From positions 1 through 64,000 of IMG/VR virus record IMGVR_UViG_3300009130_001605: a stretch of 64,000 nt of DNA; one strand, given 5' to 3'. Below are positions 8,535 through 18,428 of this stretch, one piece after another (positions within the stretch are counted from its first letter, which is position 1; each line of letters opens with the position of its first letter). The stretch comes from a virus. The notes beneath the pieces are model-generated. The model was not told the origin of the DNA. It was given only the letters and a program-made list of their open reading frames with translations, and did no database searches. A program made the position numbers and the translations under genes.

Positions 8535-9450
8535 TAAGACCCTAGTCTCACTATATGTAGATTCAGAAGGTCTAGCGAGTAAGAAAAATTTTAACAACTG
8601 TATTTACAGTATCACTAAACAAAAAACACCAGTTGACTTGGTGATTTTTCAAAACAGTTTATCGGATTCTGAAGTTGTTGAACTTGAAAAAATCTTAAAA
8701 GACCCATTGTTAACTACGCTTAAAGTTGACGAAGAGGGTAAGGCTATTACAGAGGAAAATAAACTTGAAAAAGATGATTCTCCAGTTAACTATACGATAG
8801 TTAAAACAGAAGCTAAAAACTTCTCCGAGTTATTCAATTTAGGATTTAATTATGCAGCTGCAAACGGTTATGAGTTTTACTTAACTATCGAGCAAGATGA
8901 TTTATTTTCAATCCACTGGATAGAATATGCAGAGCAGTTTGCATCAGAAGAAGAAAACAACGATGTTTTCCTTCCTTTAATCAGACACACAATGAACGGT
9001 CAATTCCACAGTCTTATTAATGAGGCAAGTTGGGTTGAAGGAATGTCTGAGGAAGCTGGTATCACTGATATCAACTTGCTTCTTAAATTTAACTCTATTA
9101 ATCCTTTGGGAGCGGTATTCAGAGTTGAGTCTATCAAAGAAAGCAGTGAAGAAATCGATGGTTTGTATCTTCCAATGAAAGAAAGTATGAAAATCACTCA
9201 TTCATATGAGTTCTTTTTAAGAATGATCTATGATGATTTGAAAGTAAAAACTGTTCCAAGAGTAGGTTATGAGCTTCAAGTGTTCCCTAAGGAATCATTC
9301 AGTGAAGCTTCTTCAAAAATACCGCCAAATTTAAATAGCATACCTGCAGAAAAAGGTGGGATGTCTCAAGAAGAGATTCAATTCTATGTTGATTCAGCTA
9401 AGAAAGAGTATTTCTTCGAAAATGATAGGAAATTACAATTCAAAGGTTAA
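8509..9450 (+). CDS. glycosyltransferase, GT-A fold (GT2-like)
   Basis: CIYSITKQ, NLGFNYA, IEQDD (DxD-like) and YEFFLRM motifs; overlaps the upstream GT. Confidence 0.65.
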   Translation: MKLKEFKNNKTLVSLYVDSEGLASKKNFNNCIYSITKQKTPVDLVIFQNSLSDSEVVELEKILKDPLLTTLKVDEEGKAITEENKLEKDDSPVNYTIVKTEAKNFSELFNLGFNYAAANGYEFYLTIEQDDLFSIHWIEYAEQFASEEENNDVFLPLIRHTMNGQFHSLINEASWVEGMSEEAGITDINLLLKFNSINPLGAVFRVESIKESSEEIDGLYLPMKESMKITHSYEFFLRMIYDDLKVKTVPRVGYELQVFPKESFSEASSKIPPNLNSIPAEKGGMSQEEIQFYVDSAKKEYFFENDRKLQFKG

Positions 9451-9461
9451 GGCTGAGTATC

Positions 9462-10403
9462 ATGGTAGAAGAAGAAAATTTACTACCAGGTAATCAATAC
9501 GATAATTCAAGTCAACATCAGGAGTATCCTGATGTTGACAATGATGAAACTTTCACAAAAGATGAAAAAGAAAAGGAATTTTTAAATCAATTCCATTTCA
9601 AAAATGACCAGAAAGTATACTGGGGAAAAGAGCAAGAAGTTGCTGTTGAGGACTATCTAAGAATGAGTGAAGTTTGGCTTGAAAACAGGATCAAATGGGA
9701 ACTCAAGGAAGCAAAAGAAGGTAAGAGGGAAACTGATTGGGATCTCATTTTATCTATCGAGGATTTAATTGAAAAATCGAAAGACCCTGAAGTAAAAATA
9801 AAAAGAGAAAAACTCTTTAGAGACAAAATTGATAAGCCATTAAGCAAGTTGGTGGAAAACATTGTTTTTTCTTATAAATTGTTTAGAGGTGATATTGATG
9901 TGAAAAGTCTGCAATGGGATTGCCTAGGGTTTTTAATGGAGAAGTTTGCGAACTTCAAACCATCAAAAGGGAAAAGGTCATTCTCTTATTACGGGACTGT
10001 TGTAAAACACTATTTGATTGGTGAGAAAAAAGACAACTACAAATCTCAAACTAATAATCTTGAATACGAATCTTTTAGAGAGGAAGTAAACAATAGGAAT
10101 AAGTATGAGCTTGGAGATCGAGATCCTTTGGAAGAATCAGCAAGGTTATTTGATCACATTGTTAGTGAGATAAAAATAGAACTTGTTAACACAGAAATGT
10201 CGGATAACGACAGAAATGTTGGTAATGCTATTGTAAACATTTTTGAGAGACACGAAGAAACTAATATTTACAAAAAGAACAATCTTTACAAGCTAATAAA
10301 GGAATATACTGGATTAGAAACAAAGGATATAACTTATTCACTAAACAGGTTTAAAACCTTATATAAACTTAGAAAACAATCCTTTATTACAGATGATGAT
10401 TAG
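9462..10403 (+). CDS. phage sigma-factor-like protein (candidate late sigma)
   Basis: Region-2-like KLVENIV...FLMEKFANFKPSKGKRSFSYYGTVVKHYLI; lies just before the structural module. Confidence 0.6.
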   Translation: MVEEENLLPGNQYDNSSQHQEYPDVDNDETFTKDEKEKEFLNQFHFKNDQKVYWGKEQEVAVEDYLRMSEVWLENRIKWELKEAKEGKRETDWDLILSIEDLIEKSKDPEVKIKREKLFRDKIDKPLSKLVENIVFSYKLFRGDIDVKSLQWDCLGFLMEKFANFKPSKGKRSFSYYGTVVKHYLIGEKKDNYKSQTNNLEYESFREEVNNRNKYELGDRDPLEESARLFDHIVSEIKIELVNTEMSDNDRNVGNAIVNIFERHEETNIYKKNNLYKLIKEYTGLETKDITYSLNRFKTLYKLRKQSFITDDD

Positions 10404-10421
10404 TGAATATTTTTAAATCTA

Positions 10422-10429
10422 TATTTATT
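10422..10429 (+). promoter_or_regulatory. putative late promoter TATTTATW
   Basis: Recurrent motif a few to about 30 nt upstream of structural-gene starts on both strands (about 16 sites). Confidence 0.65.
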
Positions 10430-10440
10430 AATAAAAAATC

Positions 10441-10830
10441 ATGTCAAATAAAAAGGTTGAAATATCGAAAAATGGATTTGATAATTTGATTAATCAAATT
10501 CATACAAACATACAAGAAGAGAGAGAACTTGCTTTAGATAGATATAGAACTCAAGATGATCAATGTGAAACAATTGAGGATTTTATTTCCACTGGAAAAG
10601 AAATGGTTGCATATCTTAAAGTTGCCTCTGAAAGAACAAATGCTCAATTAAGTTTAGCTGATAAGCTTAAAGACATTGTGTTTAAAACTGAAGACCAAGA
10701 TAGTGGAGGTGGTGCTGATGGGGTTTCTGATGATATTAGAAAATCCATCGAGTCTCAAATTGAGGCAACAAGAAAGTTAAATGAAGATGAAGAACTTTCT
10801 GAGGGTATAGAAGAAAATGAAGAAGATTAA
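10441..10830 (+). CDS. hypothetical protein with an acidic C-terminus
   Basis: ORF directly after the late-type motif. Confidence 0.8.
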   Translation: MSNKKVEISKNGFDNLINQIHTNIQEERELALDRYRTQDDQCETIEDFISTGKEMVAYLKVASERTNAQLSLADKLKDIVFKTEDQDSGGGADGVSDDIRKSIESQIEATRKLNEDEELSEGIEENEED

Positions 10831-10832
10831 AA

Positions 10833-12050
10833 ATGGCTTTTAAAACCCAACAAAACGCACCTCTTACTGATTCGCAACTTGAGTTGACCGCAAAAATAGG
10901 GTCAATGAAAAGTTTGTTGGCACTTCCCTTTAGGCCTCAGAACAACATTCCAAAGGATCAACAAATATCTACTTTTGATTATTTGTTAAAAATACTTAGG
11001 TCTATTGGTCTTGCACCAGAACCTGTTTTTAGGCTTTTCCTAGAAAAGGTATTTGGAGCTCTGGAGGGTTTTTTGGATGAAAAGGTGATAGAGGCTGTTG
11101 GTGCATCTTTAGATAAAAAAGGCATAACCCTTCAATCAAGTAGAACAAATGCCAGCGTTATATCACAAGGAGTGGGATCAACATTGTTTTCTCCTGCTAT
11201 TAAGCAAGCGATGGCAAAGGAACTTACTGTCATGATATTTGGTCCCAAGCCAAAAGAAGGTGATTCAGATAAACTTGTACCAAATTCAAGAAGAAATCAG
11301 TTAATAGAAGAGGCGGTTTGTAGTTCCAACATGTTTAGGCTATCAAATAATCCTTCTGAAAAAAATCAAGACATACAATTTAACAGAGTAAAACTGAAAC
11401 AACAGTTAGAAGCTGGTGAAGTTGTATTTGAGATTAGTTGTCAAGATGTTAAAATAAAATTACCAGAAGATCCAGAAGTATTCTTTACAGGAGGTGGTGT
11501 AAACACTCAAGCCAGTAGCACTGTAACACCTGCACAAAGTATGGATCTAATTGTAAACCATGTGTCTAGTGAAGCTGGTAAAATCAATAACGAAAACAAT
11601 TCTGCTTCTGTAGGAAAAAGTTTTTTTGAAATTCTAATCGAAAAGCTTTTAAGCTATATTACCACTTTAGTTTTTCCTCACGTTGGGCCTATATTTTCAT
11701 TTCTAGGAAACCATTCAGAAACATCTGACCTTGGCCTTACTGCAGCTAATACACTTTATAGTAATTGCTCAATTGAGAGTGCTCCAACTGCTGAGAAAAC
11801 AGCATTTGCTTCCAGCCTTATTAATTCTTTGTATTTATTATTACTTAAGTTATTACTTCTTTCCGCCATCAAGGAATTCAAGAAGCTTGTTGCAGGTTAT
11901 TTTGCAAGAACAGCAAGGGAAAGGCAAAGAAGGAAGTCGGATAAATTAAGAATGAAATTTAATCTACTAAAAGGTGTGGCGGATGACGCAGGTAAAGCAG
12001 CAAAATATGCTGCAGCACTCAAGTCTCTTAGTAGTATTTTGGATAGTTAA
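10833..12050 (+). CDS. hypothetical protein (probable tail/baseplate-associated)
   Basis: 405-aa ORF in the operon leading to the spike gene. Confidence 0.75.
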   Translation: MAFKTQQNAPLTDSQLELTAKIGSMKSLLALPFRPQNNIPKDQQISTFDYLLKILRSIGLAPEPVFRLFLEKVFGALEGFLDEKVIEAVGASLDKKGITLQSSRTNASVISQGVGSTLFSPAIKQAMAKELTVMIFGPKPKEGDSDKLVPNSRRNQLIEEAVCSSNMFRLSNNPSEKNQDIQFNRVKLKQQLEAGEVVFEISCQDVKIKLPEDPEVFFTGGGVNTQASSTVTPAQSMDLIVNHVSSEAGKINNENNSASVGKSFFEILIEKLLSYITTLVFPHVGPIFSFLGNHSETSDLGLTAANTLYSNCSIESAPTAEKTAFASSLINSLYLLLLKLLLLSAIKEFKKLVAGYFARTARERQRRKSDKLRMKFNLLKGVADDAGKAAKYAAALKSLSSILDS

Positions 12051-12060
12051 AAACAATGTT

Positions 12061-12480
12061 ATGGCAGCAATAATACAGGCCAGTAGTGATGCAAATAAAT
12101 CTGAAGAAGTTGCAGATTTCATGTTGTTTATGTTAAAAGAAAATAGGTTGAAAGTGCCTAAACTAAGTGTTTTTCAACTACTTGCTTCTAAAATTAGACC
12201 AGGTCTAAGTGCAGACATTTTGGCTGCATCAATAACTTCCAGGTTTGATGAAATAGGGATACCAACTGGTACCCTTGAAGAAGGTACTCCTAACGTAATG
12301 GAAGAGTTTGTTAAAGTGTTATCAGAATCAATTGTTGACGCACTTCAAAATGATATGAGAATCGATGTTGCAGTTGATTCAGGGGTTACAGTACAAGCAA
12401 ATGGTGCGAATGGTGGTGGTCCTGTTGTTGTTTTTGGAGCATCTGTTGCACCTCACACAGGAATTGGAGTAGCAAGGTAA
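12061..12480 (+). CDS. hypothetical protein (probable spike-associated)
   Basis: ATG 12061 preferred; C-terminal V.ANGANGGGPVVV.G. Confidence 0.7.
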   Translation: MAAIIQASSDANKSEEVADFMLFMLKENRLKVPKLSVFQLLASKIRPGLSADILAASITSRFDEIGIPTGTLEEGTPNVMEEFVKVLSESIVDALQNDMRIDVAVDSGVTVQANGANGGGPVVVFGASVAPHTGIGVAR

Positions 12481-12737
12481 TGGGATTAGGTACAGATAAA
12501 AAATTGACAACAAATAAAGAATATTTGTTGGAACTGCAAAAGTTAGCAGATAAACACGCTTCTTTAAAAGAAAAATGTGAAGGCATGTTAAAAGAAGGTG
12601 ATTCAATAGAAGACAAAGTAAAAGAATCTGAAAGGGTTTTTGCAATCACAGACGCAGTTAAATCCATAATGTTTGAAATGGACGAAGTGGAAAATAAATA
12701 TTACACTATTTTAGATAACTACAAGAATAAGAAATAA
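12480..12737 (+). CDS. hypothetical coiled-coil protein
   Basis: TAATG-coupled on both sides. Confidence 0.75.
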   Translation: MGLGTDKKLTTNKEYLLELQKLADKHASLKEKCEGMLKEGDSIEDKVKESERVFAITDAVKSIMFEMDEVENKYYTILDNYKNKK

Positions 12738-13702
12738 TGGGTTTTAACGATTTAGTAAATCAACAGTTAGGTGGAAAAGGTCAAGGTGACACTATGTCTT
12801 CTATGGGTAACCAAAGCAAGAGTAACATTTACCCTGCAGTTGTTTTAAATGTCGATGATCCAGCTGAACAAAACAGGATTGTAGCAAGAATTGTTTCATT
12901 AGATGAAACTGGTGAAATGAAAGGTGGTAGAGACAGGGAAACTCCTGATGATCAACTTCCTTTTTGTATACCTATGGTTCCTGAGTTTATTCACGTTAGA
13001 CCTCTTGTGGGAGAAATGGTTCTGATTTATTTAGAGAATCCGTCTGACAACTCTGCCCCAAGGTATTGGATGGGTCCAATGATCACATCCAAACTAAAAC
13101 TGAAATATCAATCTTTCGAAGAAGCGGATGGCATTTTTAGATACACAGACTTTTTCGGAAACGAAAAGCTAGAAAACAAAACACAGGCTTCATTAGCAAT
13201 ACCCCAGCAGGCAGATATTGCAATTCAGGGAAGAGATGACGCAGATGTTATCTTGAGACCAAGAGAAGTTCTTATTTCGGCTGGTAAATTTATTGAGAAC
13301 AGTTTTGATTTAAACGTAAATGCTCCATGTAATATCCAACTAAAACAATATGATCAAGTTGAAAGTGATGAGGTAGAATCTTTTTCACAACAAAACTTAC
13401 AAGCTAACAATGTTAACATATATTCTCCTTTTGGTAAATTTAGGGATGCAGAAAAAGGGGCTAAAATCGAGAGTACAAACCAAGACCTTCAATATTTAGG
13501 TGTACTTGCAAACAAATTGCATCCAGCAGTGTTCGGTGATGAACTAATCGTACTTCTAGATCTTATGGTTAAAGTTATTCTTACACATGTTCACACTCCA
13601 CAAGCAAAGCTTGTGGAGAATGCGAATTCAAATGAATTGGCTGAATACGTTCTCGAAGGTAAACTTCAAGACATGATTTCTAAATTTGTTAGATTTAATT
13701 AA
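12737..13702 (+). CDS. baseplate central spike (gp5/gpV-like OB fold)
   Basis: AVVLNVDDPAEQNRIVARI..RPLVGEMVLI..RYWMG OB-fold; C-terminal THVH (HxH) apex motif. Confidence 0.75.
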   Translation: MGFNDLVNQQLGGKGQGDTMSSMGNQSKSNIYPAVVLNVDDPAEQNRIVARIVSLDETGEMKGGRDRETPDDQLPFCIPMVPEFIHVRPLVGEMVLIYLENPSDNSAPRYWMGPMITSKLKLKYQSFEEADGIFRYTDFFGNEKLENKTQASLAIPQQADIAIQGRDDADVILRPREVLISAGKFIENSFDLNVNAPCNIQLKQYDQVESDEVESFSQQNLQANNVNIYSPFGKFRDAEKGAKIESTNQDLQYLGVLANKLHPAVFGDELIVLLDLMVKVILTHVHTPQAKLVENANSNELAEYVLEGKLQDMISKFVRFN

Positions 13703-15432
13703 AAAGGTCTTTGAACTTTAAAGTCAATTACGTTAGGTAAAACTCTTACAGAACCTAGCTCTTCAACTCTAAATTCTATTTTATAAGTTTGGTTATTCAA
13801 TAACCAAGAGGTGTCTAAATCGAAATATTGTTCTTGACATTTATTTCTAACAACTTTATTTATATTTGTCCAAGGAATGACCTCATCTTGATTATTCATT
13901 ATCAACCTATAAGATATAGAATAAAAAGGAGAAGGTTTTTTACGAGAATAATTTACTCTAACATTTGCAAATATTCTTATTTTTTCATCATTTGTTAGAA
14001 TAGAATTGCCCTCAAGTCCATAGATATTTAAAGTGTAATCGTTTATACTTGGAGAACTGTTTAAATAGTAATTATCTTGTATTTGAAAATGTTGAACATA
14101 ATCTTGTTGGTCAACACCTGGTACAAAAGTAACACCTTGCCAAACATCAGAGTATTTTTGTCCCCTTGTTGCGTTAGGTAAATCAGTTGGGTTTATATCT
14201 ACATAATAAGTACCAACACCTGCTTGATTGGGAGTAAGTCCAGTTATTACATCATTTCCTGATGGGTCTTTAATAGAAACTGTTGAGGCAGAATAATAGT
14301 TAGCCGTATTGTTTCCACTAAATGTGTATAAGTATAATCTGCTAACTCTATTATTTGTAACTTGCTCACGATCATCAACAATAACTTGATCATAATTAAC
14401 TTCAATATACGGCTTGAAGGCACTATTTGTTTTCTCAGTTAAGAAAGAAGCAATACTTCTTGTGTTTGTGGACATTAGTTCAAACGGTCTTGTGTAAGCT
14501 AAACCTATACCATAGTTAGTTCCACCTGTTAGCCAGTAATTAACTAGTTTTGTAATATCTATCGAAACATCTTCATCTCCTATATCAAAATGCTGACTTG
14601 ACCACAGAGGGTCTAAGTAAGAAAATGTGCTAGAAGATAAAACAAATGAATCGCCAGAAGTTATAGTTGCCCCTGTGCTTCCAACTCCAATATCTATTCC
14701 TAAGTTAATGAAATCTAAACTTGAAGTAAGTCCAGTTTGTAAATCATAAGTTGTATTTGATCCAGACAACGGATTGAAAATGTATGTAGTATCATTTCCA
14801 GATACGCTTATGTTTACACCTGTTGTTGCAGTTGATGATAAGATATTGAATCCGTAAAAGGCGGATGAGTTGTTTCCTTCTTTTTTGAAAGTCAATCCAC
14901 TGTATGTAACGGATCCAGAATAAACATCAAGGTTTGTTGATGCTGTCGGATTCGAAAATACACCTGGCTCATCCCACGTTGTCAACATTGTTGCGTTATT
15001 CCAATTCGAGTAACCGCTTAACAAAGGGTTTCCTTGTTGTCTTACAATGTAATCTTCTTTCACCATGTCATAACCTCTGCCTTCATCCCAATCTTTGTTT
15101 ATAGGGAAAGCAACAAGGTCAAAAGAAGTTGAGATAACTTTTGTAAGCACATCGTATTCAAATTCTTTTTCTAATACAGCATCTCTTGGAATTGAGTTTG
15201 TCATTTTTAGAGTGTAGGATTTAACATTTCCACTCATAATCTCTCCAGAAGAAAACCTGCTAGATAAACCATCTAAAGGGTATTTTGCAATATGCCTACT
15301 TATTGAGTTCCTTACAGAACCTACACCACCAAACCATAGTTCACTCATAGCATTTTGGCCACTATTAAAGGTTTCAAAAAGACCTGAGGCAATCGTATTA
15401 CTTTTATCTGGATATATTCTAAATTTACTCAT
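13699..15432 (-). CDS. virion structural protein (beta-rich)
   Basis: 577 aa, S/T/G-rich; WDEGRG and IDITKLVNYW motifs; late motif upstream at 15446-15453. Confidence 0.7.
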   Translation of the reverse strand: MSKFRIYPDKSNTIASGLFETFNSGQNAMSELWFGGVGSVRNSISRHIAKYPLDGLSSRFSSGEIMSGNVKSYTLKMTNSIPRDAVLEKEFEYDVLTKVISTSFDLVAFPINKDWDEGRGYDMVKEDYIVRQQGNPLLSGYSNWNNATMLTTWDEPGVFSNPTASTNLDVYSGSVTYSGLTFKKEGNNSSAFYGFNILSSTATTGVNISVSGNDTTYIFNPLSGSNTTYDLQTGLTSSLDFINLGIDIGVGSTGATITSGDSFVLSSSTFSYLDPLWSSQHFDIGDEDVSIDITKLVNYWLTGGTNYGIGLAYTRPFELMSTNTRSIASFLTEKTNSAFKPYIEVNYDQVIVDDREQVTNNRVSRLYLYTFSGNNTANYYSASTVSIKDPSGNDVITGLTPNQAGVGTYYVDINPTDLPNATRGQKYSDVWQGVTFVPGVDQQDYVQHFQIQDNYYLNSSPSINDYTLNIYGLEGNSILTNDEKIRIFANVRVNYSRKKPSPFYSISYRLIMNNQDEVIPWTNINKVVRNKCQEQYFDLDTSWLLNNQTYKIEFRVEELGSVRVLPNVIDFKVQRPF

Positions 15433-15557
15433 TTTGATGTTTTATTATAAATATCAATAAAAATATCATCACAAGCCATTAGTGTTTAATTTATGCAATT
15501 CATTGATTACTTTTTATAAAATTAATTGTTCAATATTTATTAAAAACGAACAAATTT

Positions 15558-15953
15558 ATGCCAGTATCAATAAGTATTAAATTCCCATTCGATAGAACTC
15601 AAGAGGGAGGCGTTTTCGAAGTAAATAAAACTACTGACGAAGCTATAAGAACAAACCTTATTTCTCTACTAACCACAAAACGTGGACACAGAGTTATGAG
15701 ACCAAGTTTGTATTCTCCAATTTTCGATTTTATTATGGAACCTTGGGATGATATTTCTGAGGATGACTTGAGAGGGCAGTTGGAAACTAAAATCCAAGAG
15801 TTCATGGGTAACCAAATAGAAGTTCAAAAAATTATACTTGAGCTACAAGATGATGGAAACACTCTTAGAATTGAAATATTGTATTCGATTTTGCAGATCG
15901 GTGGAGTTACCGATGGTGTAGAACTATTTGTACCATTATCAACAAATAACTAA
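15558..15953 (+). CDS. gp25/GPW-like baseplate wedge protein
   Basis: AIRTNLISLLTTKRGHRVMRP motif. Confidence 0.85.
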   Translation: MPVSISIKFPFDRTQEGGVFEVNKTTDEAIRTNLISLLTTKRGHRVMRPSLYSPIFDFIMEPWDDISEDDLRGQLETKIQEFMGNQIEVQKIILELQDDGNTLRIEILYSILQIGGVTDGVELFVPLSTNN

Positions 15954-15966
15954 ATTATAAAACACA

Positions 15967-17829
15967 ATGGCAAGGACAAAAAAAAATCCAGACATTAACC
16001 TTTTAAGTAGAGATTTCCAAAGCATTAGATCTGATTTAGAATCTTTCCTTCAAGCATTTTACCCTGAAGTTTGGAAAGACTTTAACGTGACTTCACCTGG
16101 TATGGCATTAGTAGATTTAAATGCTTATGTAGGTGATTTATTATCTTATATTGCTGATAAAAAATATAATGAAAACTACCTTGATGGCGTTTCGGAAAGA
16201 AAGTCTGTTTATAGATTAGCGAAAACAAAAGGCTACAGACCTCCAGGGTTTAGGCCTGGTGTTGCTATTGCAGACATTACAATAGAGGTTCCAGTTACTG
16301 CAGATGGGCCAAACCCAGATTACCTACCTATTTATAGAGAAGGGATGCAAATAAATGGTGGTGGTCAAATATATGAAACAGAATTTCCAATTGATTTTAG
16401 CTCAGATTTCTCTGAAGAAGGAACTGCGAATAGAACAATTGAACCTATATTAAATACAAATCAAGATATTATTAGATATAGGATTGTAAAAAGGGAGAAA
16501 ATTAGAGCAGGTGTAACTGTTATATATTCAGAAGAAGTCTTTCAAGAAGATGCAATTCCGTTTTACAGATTGTTTTTGCCAGAAAACAATGTGCTTGACA
16601 TACAAAATGTAATAGCAATAAATCAAGTGGGTTTAAGTGATGTTCCGACATATCAAGAATTTAATGACCCAAACAATTCTTTTACAGAGGTTGACTTTCT
16701 TGCACAAAGCAAAGTTTTTGAAGAAGATCCAACTTCAGAAAGAGTTAATGGTGTTGCCATTGGTAAATTAATAGAAGTTAATAAAAGATTTGAAAAACAT
16801 TTTTTAGCAGACGGTAGCTGTATGCTTCAGTTCGGTGGAGGAACACCGAGTTTTAATGCATATGAAAGTTATTTGAAAGATATTACTTCTGTTTCTGGAA
16901 CAACTAACATAGATGCTTCTGTGTTGCTTGATAACACAGCTCTTGGTGAAACAGTTCCTGCAAACTCAACTGTGTTTGTTAAATACAGAATTGGTGGCGG
17001 TCTTAGTAGTAATGTTGGTCAAGGTGTCTTGACTGAAGCATCTAATATAGACGCTCTTATACTTGGGTCTGATCCAAAACTTAATCAACAAGTCATACAA
17101 TCAACAAGGGTGTTTAATCCAATACCTGCTGTTGGAGGGGCAGGGTTACCGACTGTTGAGGAAATAAAGCATTTCACTGCTGGTAATCATGCAGCACAAG
17201 ACAGGTGTGTTACTCTTAAGGATTATCTTGCTAAGTCAGCACAAATACCGAGTAAGTTTGGTGCACCTTTTCGTATACAAGGGAAAGTTGAAGACAACAA
17301 GGTTAAACTATACATATTATCCAGAGATGGTAATGGTAGATTAGTTTCTAACTCAACATCAACAATAAAAAACAACCTTGCAACCTGGTTGTCTCAATTT
17401 AGGATGATAAATGATTTCGTTGAGATTAATGACGGAAAAGTGGTAAACCTTCAATGCGAAGTAGACTTATTGGTTGACAAAACATTTAATGTAAACGAGA
17501 TAAAACTGGCAGCTATTCAAGAGGTGAAAAACTTCTTAGATATCAGCAAAAAGCAAATGAATGAACATATTTATATTTCTCAAATAACAGATTTGATTAG
17601 AGAGATACCAGGTGTGATCAATGTTGTTGATATTCGTTTCTATAACATGGAAGGTGGAGGTTATTCGTCTACCGCAATCAGTCAAGCTGTTATTGATAGG
17701 ACAATAGTACCTGGTACAGGTGGGTTTAGAACTCAAATTGAGTATATTGATAATCAGATTTTTGGAACACCTTTATCTATGTTTGAGATAAAGTTTCCTT
17801 CTAAGGATGTTAAGGTGCGTTGCGGATAG
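15967..17829 (+). CDS. baseplate wedge subunit (T4 gp6/baseplate J-like)
   Basis: RDFQSIRSDL, AYVGDLLSY, LQFGGG, YRIGGG..SNV and AQDRCVTLKDY motifs. Confidence 0.9.
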   Translation: MARTKKNPDINLLSRDFQSIRSDLESFLQAFYPEVWKDFNVTSPGMALVDLNAYVGDLLSYIADKKYNENYLDGVSERKSVYRLAKTKGYRPPGFRPGVAIADITIEVPVTADGPNPDYLPIYREGMQINGGGQIYETEFPIDFSSDFSEEGTANRTIEPILNTNQDIIRYRIVKREKIRAGVTVIYSEEVFQEDAIPFYRLFLPENNVLDIQNVIAINQVGLSDVPTYQEFNDPNNSFTEVDFLAQSKVFEEDPTSERVNGVAIGKLIEVNKRFEKHFLADGSCMLQFGGGTPSFNAYESYLKDITSVSGTTNIDASVLLDNTALGETVPANSTVFVKYRIGGGLSSNVGQGVLTEASNIDALILGSDPKLNQQVIQSTRVFNPIPAVGGAGLPTVEEIKHFTAGNHAAQDRCVTLKDYLAKSAQIPSKFGAPFRIQGKVEDNKVKLYILSRDGNGRLVSNSTSTIKNNLATWLSQFRMINDFVEINDGKVVNLQCEVDLLVDKTFNVNEIKLAAIQEVKNFLDISKKQMNEHIYISQITDLIREIPGVINVVDIRFYNMEGGGYSSTAISQAVIDRTIVPGTGGFRTQIEYIDNQIFGTPLSMFEIKFPSKDVKVRCG

Positions 17830-17858
17830 TTGATTTCCAACATACTACTTACTACATT
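17830..17858 (+). promoter_or_regulatory. sigma70-like promoter TTGATT-N17-TACATT
   Basis: Exact spacing immediately after the gp6 stop. Confidence 0.55.
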
Positions 17859-17880
17859 GTTAGTAAACGATTAATTTTGA

Positions 17881-18033
17881 GAAAGTAAAAGAAAAAAGGT
17901 ACAAGAAATAATTAAACTTTATGTTGATGAACATGTACCAACAACTAAGTTAGGTAGTAAGTTTAACTAGAGATGCAAGTGGTATATTGTAAAAATAATG
18001 TTATATATAAACCTATTTTAAAAGAGTTGGGTG
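17881..18033 (+). pseudogene. probable homing-endonuclease remnant (HTH fragment)
   Basis: Start-less frame 17881-17970 ESKRKKVQEIIKLYVDEHVPTTKLGSKFN*, followed by a YCKNNVIYKPILKELG fragment in another frame. Confidence 0.4.
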
Positions 18034-18210
18034 ATGAAAAAATTAGCAATTTATATGACAAGGTGGCAACTGAGCACACCTATCTTAGCACTGGTGCCAA
18101 TTGTTTTGGTAAATAACTTTAATATAAGCAACTTTTGGACTACCGCAATTATTTCGAACCTGATAGGATCTTTAATTTTCTTTTGGGTAGATAAAAAAAT
18201 ATTTAAGTAA
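18034..18210 (+). CDS. small two-helix membrane protein (58 aa), absent from the ORF track
   Basis: MKKLAIYMTRWQLSTPILALVPIVLVNNFNISNFWTTAIISNLIGSLIFFWVDKKIFK*. Confidence 0.7.
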   Translation: MKKLAIYMTRWQLSTPILALVPIVLVNNFNISNFWTTAIISNLIGSLIFFWVDKKIFK

Positions 18211-18212
18211 TT

Positions 18213-18428
18213 ATGTTATTCAAAGTAGAGTCTTCAAACATTTCAATGGTGGATTATGAACCACAAGATTTAACATTAACTGTTTATTTTAACAACGGAA
18301 GTGTTTACAATTATTATCCGATCTATGAACATCAAGTTCTGGAGTTCTCTTCATCGGCTAGTAAAGGAAAATGGTTCAACAAAAACATAAGAGGCAACAA
18401 ATCTCTTGGTGGAAAGAAAATTAAATAA
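18213..18428 (+). CDS. KTSC-domain protein
   Basis: VESSNISMVDYE..LTVYFNNGSVYNY..SASKGKWFNKNIRG. Confidence 0.9.
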   Translation: MLFKVESSNISMVDYEPQDLTLTVYFNNGSVYNYYPIYEHQVLEFSSSASKGKWFNKNIRGNKSLGGKKIK

